A stretch of 64,000 nt of DNA from a virus. Position 1 is the stretch's first letter. Each line of letters starts with the position of its first letter. Position numbers and translations under genes: made by a program. Below the pieces are notes generated by a model that worked only from the letters and a program-made list of their open reading frames with translations, was not told the origin of the DNA and ran no database searches. The stretch is taken from positions 1 to 64,000 of IMG/VR virus record IMGVR_UViG_3300046804_001743. The stretch is one strand, 5' to 3'. Positions 36,342-45,987 of this stretch are shown in pieces.

Positions 36342-37733
36342 ATGAGCGCAGAAATTGATCGCATTAAAAAAGTAATCAAAATTACTAACGAAATTAGTCC
36401 AACATTCTGTTTGGCTAAATGGCACCATACTAGCATATACCTACATACTGGCCAAACACACAGTTGCTATCATCCAAGACCGCACGAAATTCCCTTAGAA
36501 GAAATTAAGTTTAATCCGGCGGCCTTACATAATACTCCTGAAAAGAAAAAAGAACGTGCCTTAATGCTTGTTGGTGAGAAGCCAAAAGGCTGTCAGTACT
36601 GTTGGAACGTAGAAGGACTTAGTGATACGCACATTAGCGACAGGCACGATCGAAATGCTAACATTTATAAACCAGAACGTTTAGAAGAAATCAAAAATAG
36701 TCCTTGGGACTTTAACATCAATCCAGAATACATAGAACTGGCATTTAGTAACGAGTGCAATTTTAAGTGTGGTTATTGCCATCCTATGAGCTCAAGCAGT
36801 TTCCAAAGCGAAATTAAAAAGCACGGTCCGTACAATACTGTTAAAAATCATACATTGAATATTGAGTGGTTCAATCCTTATCAAGAAGATGAAAATCCCT
36901 ACATTGATGCATGGTGGAGATGGTGGCCAGAAGTTAGTAAAACTTTAAACATTTTACGCATTACAGGTGGCGAACCCTTAATGCATAAGAGTACTTGGCG
37001 GTTGTTTGATAACTTGCGTCAGGAACCTCGTCCTTATTTAGAACTTAACCTAAACAGTAATTTAGGAACCACAACAAGACATGTAGAAAAACTTGTTGAA
37101 AATGTAAACGACTTAGTTAGCAATAATAAAGTTAGAACATTTAAACTATTTTCAAGTATGGATACTTGGAATAAACGTGCAGAATACTTGCGTACAGGAT
37201 TAGACGTAGATTTGTGGGAAAAGAATTTAGATGTATATCTAACAGGAACTAAACTTCCAATTAGCATCATGTGTACATTTAATATTTTAAGTGTTACATC
37301 ATTTATAGACTTCCTTGAAAAAGTTTTAGAATGGCGTAGGAAATATCAACCGTTACTAAACCCCGATGGTTACGGTAGACGTATTAGATTTGATACTCCT
37401 TATCTAAAAGAACCTCTACAGTACGACATGTTAATTTTACCAAAGGAAGAATTTTTACCTTACTTTGATAAAATTTTAAAATTTATTAATGACAATAGAG
37501 ACGAAACTGATCCTACAAAATTTACCGATATGGAGTATGAAAAGTTTCGTAGGGTTCGTGATTACTTTGCTACAGCAAGTTACGATGAAGCAAGAGTCAA
37601 AGAAGGTCGTAAAGATTTTTATAACTGGTTTACGGAATATGATCGTAGGCGCGGCGTGAATTTCTTAGAAACATTTCCTGAAATGGCAAATTTCTGGGAA
37701 CTATGTAAATCACAAGGTGCGCCTAATGAATGA
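36342..37733 (+). CDS. radical SAM enzyme with Cys-rich N-terminal domain
   Basis: FCLAKWHH...SCYHP...GCQYCWNVEG, then CNFKCGYC and ITGGEPLMH. Paralog of the 45980 gene. Confidence 0.8.
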   Translation: MSAEIDRIKKVIKITNEISPTFCLAKWHHTSIYLHTGQTHSCYHPRPHEIPLEEIKFNPAALHNTPEKKKERALMLVGEKPKGCQYCWNVEGLSDTHISDRHDRNANIYKPERLEEIKNSPWDFNINPEYIELAFSNECNFKCGYCHPMSSSSFQSEIKKHGPYNTVKNHTLNIEWFNPYQEDENPYIDAWWRWWPEVSKTLNILRITGGEPLMHKSTWRLFDNLRQEPRPYLELNLNSNLGTTTRHVEKLVENVNDLVSNNKVRTFKLFSSMDTWNKRAEYLRTGLDVDLWEKNLDVYLTGTKLPISIMCTFNILSVTSFIDFLEKVLEWRRKYQPLLNPDGYGRRIRFDTPYLKEPLQYDMLILPKEEFLPYFDKILKFINDNRDETDPTKFTDMEYEKFRRVRDYFATASYDEARVKEGRKDFYNWFTEYDRRRGVNFLETFPEMANFWELCKSQGAPNE

Positions 37734-38460
37734 ATTAAGTGATATCTTTTCAACTAATATATTCGAAAGCTGTGAAGATTTTAAACTAGGCCAGCCATTA
37801 CCAATGGCTGTTATCGATGATTTCCTTCCTGTAACCGTTGCATTAAATCTGTATAAGGAAAGCAATAGCATACCTGACTCGTATTGGACTAAATTTACAC
37901 GCAACGGCAGTCATATGAAAGAGTGTAAAAATCTTTCAGTCGCTCCTAATGCGTTCAACCTAGTAGCATACTTACATAGTTCATACGCTCTTAGACATTT
38001 AGAAAAGATAACAGGCATAGAAAAGTTAATCCCAGACCCACATTTAGTAGGTGCAGGTTATAGCAAAAGCAGTAACGGTGACACACTAAAGATCCACAAC
38101 GATTTTAACTGGAATGAAGAACTACAGTTACACCGTGCATTATCTTTAATCATTTATATCTCTCCAGAGTGGAAAACAGAATGGGGTGGTGCTCTTGATT
38201 TTTATGATAACAAACGAGAACAAGTGATACGATCTGTTGACTGCATTTTTAATCGTTGTCTCATTTGGCAGTACAACAAATACGGGTTTCATGGCTATGA
38301 AAAACCAATAGCATGTCCTGAAGATCAATACAGGGCAACATTTAGATTATTTTACTATACTAGTAATTCTACTCATAACCCCGAGGATCCACCGCATAGG
38401 AGTCAATATTGGTTTGATCCTACTACAGGTAGTCCATACGATATACGAGAACAAAAATGA
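37726..38460 (+). CDS. 2OG-Fe(II) oxygenase
   Basis: KIHNDF (HxD), WGGALDFYD, FHGYEKP. Paralog of the 41060 gene. Confidence 0.6.
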   Translation: MNELSDIFSTNIFESCEDFKLGQPLPMAVIDDFLPVTVALNLYKESNSIPDSYWTKFTRNGSHMKECKNLSVAPNAFNLVAYLHSSYALRHLEKITGIEKLIPDPHLVGAGYSKSSNGDTLKIHNDFNWNEELQLHRALSLIIYISPEWKTEWGGALDFYDNKREQVIRSVDCIFNRCLIWQYNKYGFHGYEKPIACPEDQYRATFRLFYYTSNSTHNPEDPPHRSQYWFDPTTGSPYDIREQK

Positions 38461-39713
38461 TTTATGTAAGTACAGAAGCAGACCATCCGTTCTTTGTAGA
38501 ATTTAAAAATATAAAGGATGCTAAACTAGAACCAGAATCAGTTTACTGGCACGATCAACATGATCATCATATGAGGAATGTGTCGTTTGAAGACTTTTTA
38601 GACGAAATACATTGGGATCATATACGCAGAGATCCTACTGCCAAAATTTTATTGCATTATAGTGATGAGTATTTTAATATATTTGATTTAGAAATATATG
38701 TAAACACTATAAAGAAAAAACAAATTAATCCAGCACAAGTCTTTTTTATTGTAATCGATGAAACATGGAAGACTTGGGTTATTGATGAGTTTAGAAAGAG
38801 AGGAGTAGTTGGTATAAATGTTACTGATTATAACTTGCTTTTAAAAAAATCTGTTAGCGTAAAAAAATTAGATCTCATTGATGTAGTTGCCAACGGAGAT
38901 AGTATTAAGGGTTATTTTAAAAATCTATTATCAATTCCATTTATTCCAAAACCTGCGCCTGCAATAGAAAAAAAGTTTAGCGCATTTAGTAGAAGGTTTG
39001 ACGAGTGGCGCCTGCAGTTGTTCACTGAACTTTACCTCAAGGGTTTATTAGATCAATTTAAGTATACATTCAATAATATTGATCCGTATGCTGGAGGTGT
39101 TGGATATAATAAAATAAGAACATACGAACACGATGAAATTTTTAAACTACTGGCAAGCAAAAACTATAATATAGGTAAATTAAAAAATTGGGTAGATAAT
39201 ATGCCCTATACTTTTCCAAAGATTGATGTAACACACAAGTGGAATTTAAGATCTAACGAGTGGATCGAAAACACTGCCTTTCATTTGTTAGTAGAATCAC
39301 ATTTCAATCCGTTTAATCATTTTGAAGAATACAAAGACAAGTATGGTCCAAGAGAATTTGCACCATCTCTTATAACAGAAAAAACATGGAAAGTTATTAC
39401 ATCAGCTAGACCGTTCATTGTTTTTTCAACACCATATTTTTTAGACGACATGAGAGCATTGGGTTATAAAACGTTCCATCCTTTTATTGATGAATCGTAC
39501 GATAAAATTGAAGACCAGTACGAACGACTACACGCAATAGTAAACGAAATTGAAAGATTGAACAACCTACCAAAAGATGAGTTTGACTATTCATTTAAAG
39601 AATGTTATAATATAGCGTTACATAATCAGAAAGTATGTGAAAAGTTAACCAAAAGGTTAGTGTATAAAGATGAATTTGCCTGGGTTAACCAGTATTTGCA
39701 AAAAGGAAAATAA
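38457..39713 (+). CDS. hypothetical protein, paralog of 41839 (possible glycosyltransferase-like)
   Basis: Shared C-terminal block LGYKTFHPFIDESYD... with the 41839 protein. Confidence 0.45.
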   Translation: MIYVSTEADHPFFVEFKNIKDAKLEPESVYWHDQHDHHMRNVSFEDFLDEIHWDHIRRDPTAKILLHYSDEYFNIFDLEIYVNTIKKKQINPAQVFFIVIDETWKTWVIDEFRKRGVVGINVTDYNLLLKKSVSVKKLDLIDVVANGDSIKGYFKNLLSIPFIPKPAPAIEKKFSAFSRRFDEWRLQLFTELYLKGLLDQFKYTFNNIDPYAGGVGYNKIRTYEHDEIFKLLASKNYNIGKLKNWVDNMPYTFPKIDVTHKWNLRSNEWIENTAFHLLVESHFNPFNHFEEYKDKYGPREFAPSLITEKTWKVITSARPFIVFSTPYFLDDMRALGYKTFHPFIDESYDKIEDQYERLHAIVNEIERLNNLPKDEFDYSFKECYNIALHNQKVCEKLTKRLVYKDEFAWVNQYLQKGK

Positions 39714-40742
39714 ATGTCTAAAACAATTTTAGTAACGGGTGGAGCAGGATTTATTGCACATCACCTTATCGATAAACTACTAGCAGAAACTGACTATCGT
39801 ATTGTTACCCTAGATCGATTAGACTACAGCGGTAATCTTAATCGCCTTAATGAAGTAGTAATGGCACATCCTGTACAAGAAAGAAAACGTGTTCGTGTTA
39901 TTCATCACGATCTTAAAGCAGAGTTAAACTCGCAGATTCGTAGTCACATTGGTAAGGTAGATATGATTGCTCACCTAGCCGCTGGTAGTCATGTCGATCG
40001 TAGTATCAAGTATCCTATGGAATTCGTACAAGACAATGTTGTCGGAACTGTAAACTTAATGGACTATGCTCGCAACCTAGACAATTTAGAATTGTTTGCT
40101 TACTTTAGTACAGACGAAGTGTTTGGTCCGGCACCGGATGGCATTAGTTACAAAGAAAACGATCGATACAATTCAACTAATCCTTATAGTGCTAGTAAGG
40201 CGGCCGCAGAGGAAATGGTTGTAGCATACGAAAACACTTACGGGTTGCCTGCAATCATTACACATACTATGAACGTGTTTGGTGAGAGACAGCACCCCGA
40301 AAAGTATATCCCAATGTGTATTAAACGTGTGCGTGACAATCAAAAAATTACAGTACACAGTAATCCAGAAAAGACCAAAGCGGGATCTCGCCATTACATT
40401 CATGCTCGAGATGTTGCTGATGCTCTCATGTTCTTATACAATTACGATCTAAGTAAACTGCCCACAACATATGGCGGTGCTAAATGTCAAAAGTTTAATA
40501 TTGTCGGTGCTGAAGAATTTGATAACTTAGAGTTGGCACAGTTTATTGCGGACACACAAGGAAGACCACTTAACTATGAAATGGTTGATTTCCACAGTTC
40601 AAGACCAGGCCACGACTTGCGTTATGCGTTAGATGGTAGTAAAATGAAAGACATGGGGTGGACCCCGCAGCCGGTAAAGAAAAGACTTGCAGAAGTTATT
40701 AACTGGACTTTGGCTAACGATCGTTGGTTGGGAATTGAATGA
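39714..40742 (+). CDS. NAD-dependent NDP-sugar epimerase/dehydratase (dTDP-glucose 4,6-dehydratase-like)
   Basis: ILVTGGAGFIAHHL Rossmann motif and YSASKAAAE (YxxxK). Confidence 0.85.
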   Translation: MSKTILVTGGAGFIAHHLIDKLLAETDYRIVTLDRLDYSGNLNRLNEVVMAHPVQERKRVRVIHHDLKAELNSQIRSHIGKVDMIAHLAAGSHVDRSIKYPMEFVQDNVVGTVNLMDYARNLDNLELFAYFSTDEVFGPAPDGISYKENDRYNSTNPYSASKAAAEEMVVAYENTYGLPAIITHTMNVFGERQHPEKYIPMCIKRVRDNQKITVHSNPEKTKAGSRHYIHARDVADALMFLYNYDLSKLPTTYGGAKCQKFNIVGAEEFDNLELAQFIADTQGRPLNYEMVDFHSSRPGHDLRYALDGSKMKDMGWTPQPVKKRLAEVINWTLANDRWLGIE

Positions 40743-41059
40743 AACACGTAAGATTTGAAAACACAGGACGCCGAGGTTGGTTTGTTGGCGGTTTTCCCGA
40801 AGCCGCATTTCAAACTGACCTTGCGGAAGTATGTTATTGTACTGAGCCAGCTGGCACTGGTATTAGTCATTACCATACTGTTTGCACTGAAACTGTTTTT
40901 ATAGTTTCTGGAAGAGTAACATGTCAAGGTAAAGAATATACTAGCGGAGACATCCTTGTATTTGAACCCGGAGACATTAATGATTGTGTCTACGAAGAAG
41001 AAACTGTTATGATCGGAGTCAAAACTCCAGCAGGTAAGGATGATAAGGTATTGGTATAA
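40739..41059 (+). CDS. small cupin-like protein
   Basis: 106 aa. Beta-rich. Sits between sugar-modifying genes. Confidence 0.35.
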   Translation: MKHVRFENTGRRGWFVGGFPEAAFQTDLAEVCYCTEPAGTGISHYHTVCTETVFIVSGRVTCQGKEYTSGDILVFEPGDINDCVYEEETVMIGVKTPAGKDDKVLV

Positions 41060-41842
41060 ATGATTGTTAACTTAGACAAGATCAAGGATGCGTTTAGCAC
41101 ATTTCATAGTGCTGAACCTTTCCCCTATTGTGTAATTGATAATTTCTTTACAGACGAAATTGCAGAACAATTAGCGTTAGAATTCCCTAACTCTGATTCA
41201 GATGTTTTTAATGGAAACTATTTTAATCAGATTGAAATTAAAAAGACATGCAATATCTGGGACCGATTCCCTGCTACTACATACAATGTCCTAACATATT
41301 TAAATAGTACAGAGTTTTTAGACATATTAAAACCATTAGTTAAACAAGATATCTTGTATGCAGACCACGGACTTCACGGTGGTGGGTGGCATATACATCC
41401 ACCTGGCGGCAAGCTAAATGTACATTTAGATTATAGCATTCATCCTAAGATGAAAAAGCAAAGAAACTATAACTTACTAGTTTATCTAAATCCTAACTGG
41501 CAAGAAGGATGGGGCGGAGAACTAGGACTATGGTCAGATAAAAATAACAAGCCCAGTGAGTTAGTTAAGGTCCTTGAACCTAAGTTCAATAGAGGAGTTA
41601 TCTTTGACACAACCGCTAATAGTTGGCATGGTCTCGAAGTGCCTAATAGTTTTCCAGAAGGACAAGACCGTAAAAGTATTGCACTATACTATCTTACAGA
41701 ACCCCCAACGAATGTTAATACTAGAGGTAGAGCCCTTTTCTCCCCAAGTAAAGAACAAGAAAACGACCCTGAAGTACTAGAATTGATCAAAAGAAGATCT
41801 CAAGTATCCGCAGGAGATGTATCAACATGGAGTCGTTCATGA
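41060..41842 (+). CDS. 2OG-Fe(II) oxygenase
   Basis: NVHLDY (HxD), WGGELGLWSD, WHGLEVP. Confidence 0.6.
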   Translation: MIVNLDKIKDAFSTFHSAEPFPYCVIDNFFTDEIAEQLALEFPNSDSDVFNGNYFNQIEIKKTCNIWDRFPATTYNVLTYLNSTEFLDILKPLVKQDILYADHGLHGGGWHIHPPGGKLNVHLDYSIHPKMKKQRNYNLLVYLNPNWQEGWGGELGLWSDKNNKPSELVKVLEPKFNRGVIFDTTANSWHGLEVPNSFPEGQDRKSIALYYLTEPPTNVNTRGRALFSPSKEQENDPEVLELIKRRSQVSAGDVSTWSRS

Positions 41843-43182
41843 ACTTTGTATTTGAAAATTTAGAAACACTTGAAAATTTTGTAGAATGCCCTGATAAAAA
41901 TCCATCAGGTGTGAGAAGATTTACACCTAGTCCGTTAGTTATTACCATGGTAAGGTATCACCAGACTAACGAAAAATTTAAAAATATGGATTTTAAAAAC
42001 ATAGCTATCAGCAATGATCCTAGAAAATTTGAAAGATATGGAATAGCATCCGGAGTAACACATGCACCTCACGATTGGTGCGGACCCGATACACAAGGAA
42101 ATGGATTTGATAAGAATTTTGCAGATCGAAAATCTTTATTTGAATTTCTCAGTCCTGTTTATCTAACAGACCTTAGAACAGGTAAAGCAACTTTACTATT
42201 AGATCAGAGTCACGAAGGCTATCACGCTGATTGGTTATTTGATTGGTTTCATAATAGCTGTGAATTTTACAAAATTAATCCTACACAAATTATTTACATA
42301 ACAGGCGATATGGATGTGTATAGAAAATATTCGCTGTGGTGTGACGAAAAGAATTTAACAGATAGAATGTGTGTTGTACCATATGCACACTTTGAAAATG
42401 CTGTTTTTACAAATGATAACAATAGGACGACAATCTTTAACCTAGGCCGTAATCCAAACTTCAACGACCAGTACAAGTATAAAAAGAAAAACTTGAACAA
42501 AATTAAAACATTTAATGCTTTACAGAAACGCCCTAGAGCACATAGAATGTGGCTGTTTAAAGAACTGTGCCTAAATAATCTTTTAGAAAATAGTATTAGT
42601 AGTATGAATTGGTTTAAGTGGAGCCATACATTCTACATGAATAAAACTATGAACATAGAGGACTACGAAAATATTATAGGGTTAACTCCAATGCTTCCAC
42701 CTAATGCTACAGGAAAATACAAAGAAGAGTTAGATGTGTTTGCGAGCGGTGACAGTGGAAAGTATCAAATGGAATTTAATTCACAAATAACATTAGATAC
42801 ATGGTTTAGTGTAATCAGCGAAGCGTCGTTTGGTGAAGACACTTGCTTCATTAGTGAAAAAACTTTTAAACTAATCTGTGTTCATCATCCATTTATTATT
42901 TTTGGAAATAAGAATTCGTTACACTATTTGCGAGAACTAGGATACAAAACATTCCACCCATATATCGACGAATCATATGATACATTAGAGTGTTGGGAAA
43001 GATTAGATGCAATTATCAATAGCATTAAAAAAATAAATGCTATACCACAAGAAGAAAAGCTAGACTGGTTTTTAGGCATGAAGGACATTTTAGAGCATAA
43101 CTATAAAGTTATGAAGCGCAACTCTTTAGACAATGCTCCGCAATCTATGATAACAATTAAAGAATATTTTCAGGAAAAATAA
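41839..43182 (+). CDS. hypothetical protein, paralog of 38457 (possible glycosyltransferase-like)
   Basis: C-terminal LGYKTFHPYIDESYD... ATGA overlap. Confidence 0.45.
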   Translation: MNFVFENLETLENFVECPDKNPSGVRRFTPSPLVITMVRYHQTNEKFKNMDFKNIAISNDPRKFERYGIASGVTHAPHDWCGPDTQGNGFDKNFADRKSLFEFLSPVYLTDLRTGKATLLLDQSHEGYHADWLFDWFHNSCEFYKINPTQIIYITGDMDVYRKYSLWCDEKNLTDRMCVVPYAHFENAVFTNDNNRTTIFNLGRNPNFNDQYKYKKKNLNKIKTFNALQKRPRAHRMWLFKELCLNNLLENSISSMNWFKWSHTFYMNKTMNIEDYENIIGLTPMLPPNATGKYKEELDVFASGDSGKYQMEFNSQITLDTWFSVISEASFGEDTCFISEKTFKLICVHHPFIIFGNKNSLHYLRELGYKTFHPYIDESYDTLECWERLDAIINSIKKINAIPQEEKLDWFLGMKDILEHNYKVMKRNSLDNAPQSMITIKEYFQEK

Positions 43183-44202
43183 ATGTATAGAAAACAAATA
43201 GCTGAAATTAACGAAAGCATCAAGACAACTAAGAAGGCTATTATATCCCTTGGCTGTTCTTTTGTTCAAGGACAAGGGGCAGTTAATCCAGAATTATACG
43301 AAGAATACAAATGGAACTATGACGGACTTGGTGTTCCTCTTTATCTCAAACTTCCCGAAAAAGAAGAAAAAGAATTACTAAAGAAGTATCCATTAGTTAC
43401 TAAACAAGGCGACGAGCTGTTTTTTAGATTCATGGAATACGAAAATGCTTTTGTCAATGTATTGTGTAAAAAATACTTCAATGGAGAATATACTCCTATT
43501 AACTTAGGTCTAGCAGGATGCGGAAACAGAGGAACAATTAAAGAACTGTATTTCTATCCAGAGGTTAACTGGAACCAGCTTGAAGAAATTATAGTTATTT
43601 ACTGCCCAAGTGGTCCGGAACGATTTGACTTTATCAACGACCAGTGGATAGATCACGGTCATTGGTTATGCATGTGGCCGCATTATAAAGATAAAGAAGA
43701 CGGCCCTCGCAAGAATTTATGGAAGGGATACAGCGATTGCGTCTACTCTGAAAAGTTTGAGGTGCTAGAACAAATTGCACATATACAAGAATTGATGTTA
43801 TGGTGCAAGTATCATAATGCAAAACTAATAATCACTCCGGGCTTTGATAGAAGATACGAAAAAGACTACTTTAAAGCTTCTCTTAAAAAAGTTATAAATC
43901 GTTCTTCAGAAGGAACTGTATTAAAGCATGGAACTATTTTTCCATTAGACTTTGGACAGAAAGAAAATATTAATAAAATAATGGAATTGTGGCCCTGGGA
44001 TAGTATGTTTAAACCAGATGGCTACGAAACGTTTGCTGATTTATGTGTAGCACAAGAAAAGGTTAAAGACGATCATTTCTTTAACTACTTAGGAGCAGGG
44101 TCTCCTAATGGATGGATAACCGCATGTGCTCATCCTACTGCAAAAGGCCATGACTTATTTGCTAAAATATTACATAACCATATTACTAAAAACAAAAAAT
44201 GA
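43183..44202 (+). CDS. SGNH-like protein, variant GCS motif
   Basis: ISLGCSFVQGQG near the N-terminus and a C-terminal AHPTAKGHD block. Confidence 0.45.
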   Translation: MYRKQIAEINESIKTTKKAIISLGCSFVQGQGAVNPELYEEYKWNYDGLGVPLYLKLPEKEEKELLKKYPLVTKQGDELFFRFMEYENAFVNVLCKKYFNGEYTPINLGLAGCGNRGTIKELYFYPEVNWNQLEEIIVIYCPSGPERFDFINDQWIDHGHWLCMWPHYKDKEDGPRKNLWKGYSDCVYSEKFEVLEQIAHIQELMLWCKYHNAKLIITPGFDRRYEKDYFKASLKKVINRSSEGTVLKHGTIFPLDFGQKENINKIMELWPWDSMFKPDGYETFADLCVAQEKVKDDHFFNYLGAGSPNGWITACAHPTAKGHDLFAKILHNHITKNKK

Positions 44203-45101
44203 GAATCACACGAGTAAAAGAAACTGTAGGAACAATCACAGCAGACGATCCTGAAATGATCGAATCGTTTCGATTACGCAGTCCTGTTGTTGCAAAAAAT
44301 CCAATCGACTTAAAGTATTATTCTAATTATTACAACGGTAATACTGATCAAGGATCAATGCCGAGTCCAGGAGTTCATAAATTTCTAAACGGTAACGAGC
44401 GGGCACAGGCTAACCCAGACTATAAAGATTTTAGTTATTTCATAAACGATATAGGTTTTAGAGACCAATATCCTCCAAAAGAAACACAAGGGATATTTGG
44501 TTTCTTTGGATGCAGTATGACATTAGGCGAGGGTTTAGATACGGTTGATAATTTTCCGCATCGCGTATCTAAGCATTTTAACAAACAACATTTAAATCTT
44601 GGTTTGCCTGGTATCGGTGCATACAGGATTGCATTAATTTTTGCGGCGGCGGCAAATGTTTGGAATATAGAAACCGCGGTAGTTACCTTTCCTAACTGGG
44701 CAAGATTCCACTATGTTGACACTAAAAACAACATGAAACTGATTCATTTGCCTTATAGCATAGATAACAAGGAATGCGAAATTGTTAGAAATGACATCTT
44801 AAATGATTTTTCTGACCAGTATATGTTATCAGCTACCAAGGATGCAATAAATTATATTCTTATGGTTGCAAAATTAAAAAATATTAATTTAGTTTTATCT
44901 GCTTGGGACCCTGATGTTAGTAGAATTATAGAAGCAATCACAGGATATGATGTTCCTAAATACAACCTATGGAATCCTTTTAAGGAAAGGATACCTGGAG
45001 ATTTTGCCAGAGACTATATACACCCAGGAGTCAACATTGTTGATACCTATGTAGAAAAACTTAAAGACACAATCAATAGAAAACACTATGTCAGACTCTA
45101 A
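44199..45101 (+). CDS. SGNH-like protein, variant GCS motif
   Basis: FGFFGCSMTLGEG and DYIHPG (block V). Confidence 0.45.
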   Translation: MRITRVKETVGTITADDPEMIESFRLRSPVVAKNPIDLKYYSNYYNGNTDQGSMPSPGVHKFLNGNERAQANPDYKDFSYFINDIGFRDQYPPKETQGIFGFFGCSMTLGEGLDTVDNFPHRVSKHFNKQHLNLGLPGIGAYRIALIFAAAANVWNIETAVVTFPNWARFHYVDTKNNMKLIHLPYSIDNKECEIVRNDILNDFSDQYMLSATKDAINYILMVAKLKNINLVLSAWDPDVSRIIEAITGYDVPKYNLWNPFKERIPGDFARDYIHPGVNIVDTYVEKLKDTINRKHYVRL

Positions 45102-45987
45102 ACAATTAACCATTGTTATAGTAACTTACCACGGAGACTTTCCATTACTGGAAAGATGCCTAACTTCCTTTGAAAAATATATAAATCTAGATCAAGTTAA
45201 GGCTATTAAAATTATCCTTAACGATCTTCCTATATACACAAACGCATTGCAGAGTATTATAAACAAGTATACTAATTTAAAACTTGAATTAGTTTCGTCT
45301 GCAACATTAGAACCGGTTATTACAGAATATTTTAATTGGAATACACAACAACTTTTTAAGCTTCTAGCCTGTAATGTAGTTGATACTGAGTGGTACTTAA
45401 TACACGACTGCAAAGATTATTATGTCAAGCACGTAGACTTCTTTAAAGACTGTTTTACAGATGACGGCAGAGCTATCACAAAATTAGATCACACACAGTA
45501 TAGTGATTATAACAGACACGGGGGAGGATTTTTGCCCTTCAACCTGGCTTATGAAATTGCCTGTAATGTCTGGGGTATTAGCAGACAAGATACTGCCATC
45601 TGGCATTTGCCCACTGTAACACCGTTCTTTGTTAAAACAGATACAATGAAAGGTATGGTGCGTGAATTAAAATCTATGATAAGAGGGTTCTTTCCTTACC
45701 TATTTAATCTTGCTATAAATGAGCAACGTGTAGCAACTGAATTTTTACTTTATAGTGCATACTGTTTTAGTAAGAACCAATTAGCTGACTATGCTGACTG
45801 GAGTATTAATACTGCCTATTATAGTAAATTAAAACAATCAAAGGATCTAAGAATTTACTTCCCACCTAATCCACAAGAAAATGAAAAATATTTTCATAAC
45901 GGACAGATTTGGCAATTTAATGAAGGTACTTGGAAGCCTGCTGTTGCTACACATGTTTCTTATACAGAGGAAAAGTTAGATGAGTAA
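45088..45987 (+). CDS. hypothetical protein (possible GT-A glycosyltransferase)
   Basis: N-terminal LTIVIVTYHGDF resembles GT2 N-termini. Weak. Confidence 0.35.
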   Translation: MSDSKQLTIVIVTYHGDFPLLERCLTSFEKYINLDQVKAIKIILNDLPIYTNALQSIINKYTNLKLELVSSATLEPVITEYFNWNTQQLFKLLACNVVDTEWYLIHDCKDYYVKHVDFFKDCFTDDGRAITKLDHTQYSDYNRHGGGFLPFNLAYEIACNVWGISRQDTAIWHLPTVTPFFVKTDTMKGMVRELKSMIRGFFPYLFNLAINEQRVATEFLLYSAYCFSKNQLADYADWSINTAYYSKLKQSKDLRIYFPPNPQENEKYFHNGQIWQFNEGTWKPAVATHVSYTEEKLDE

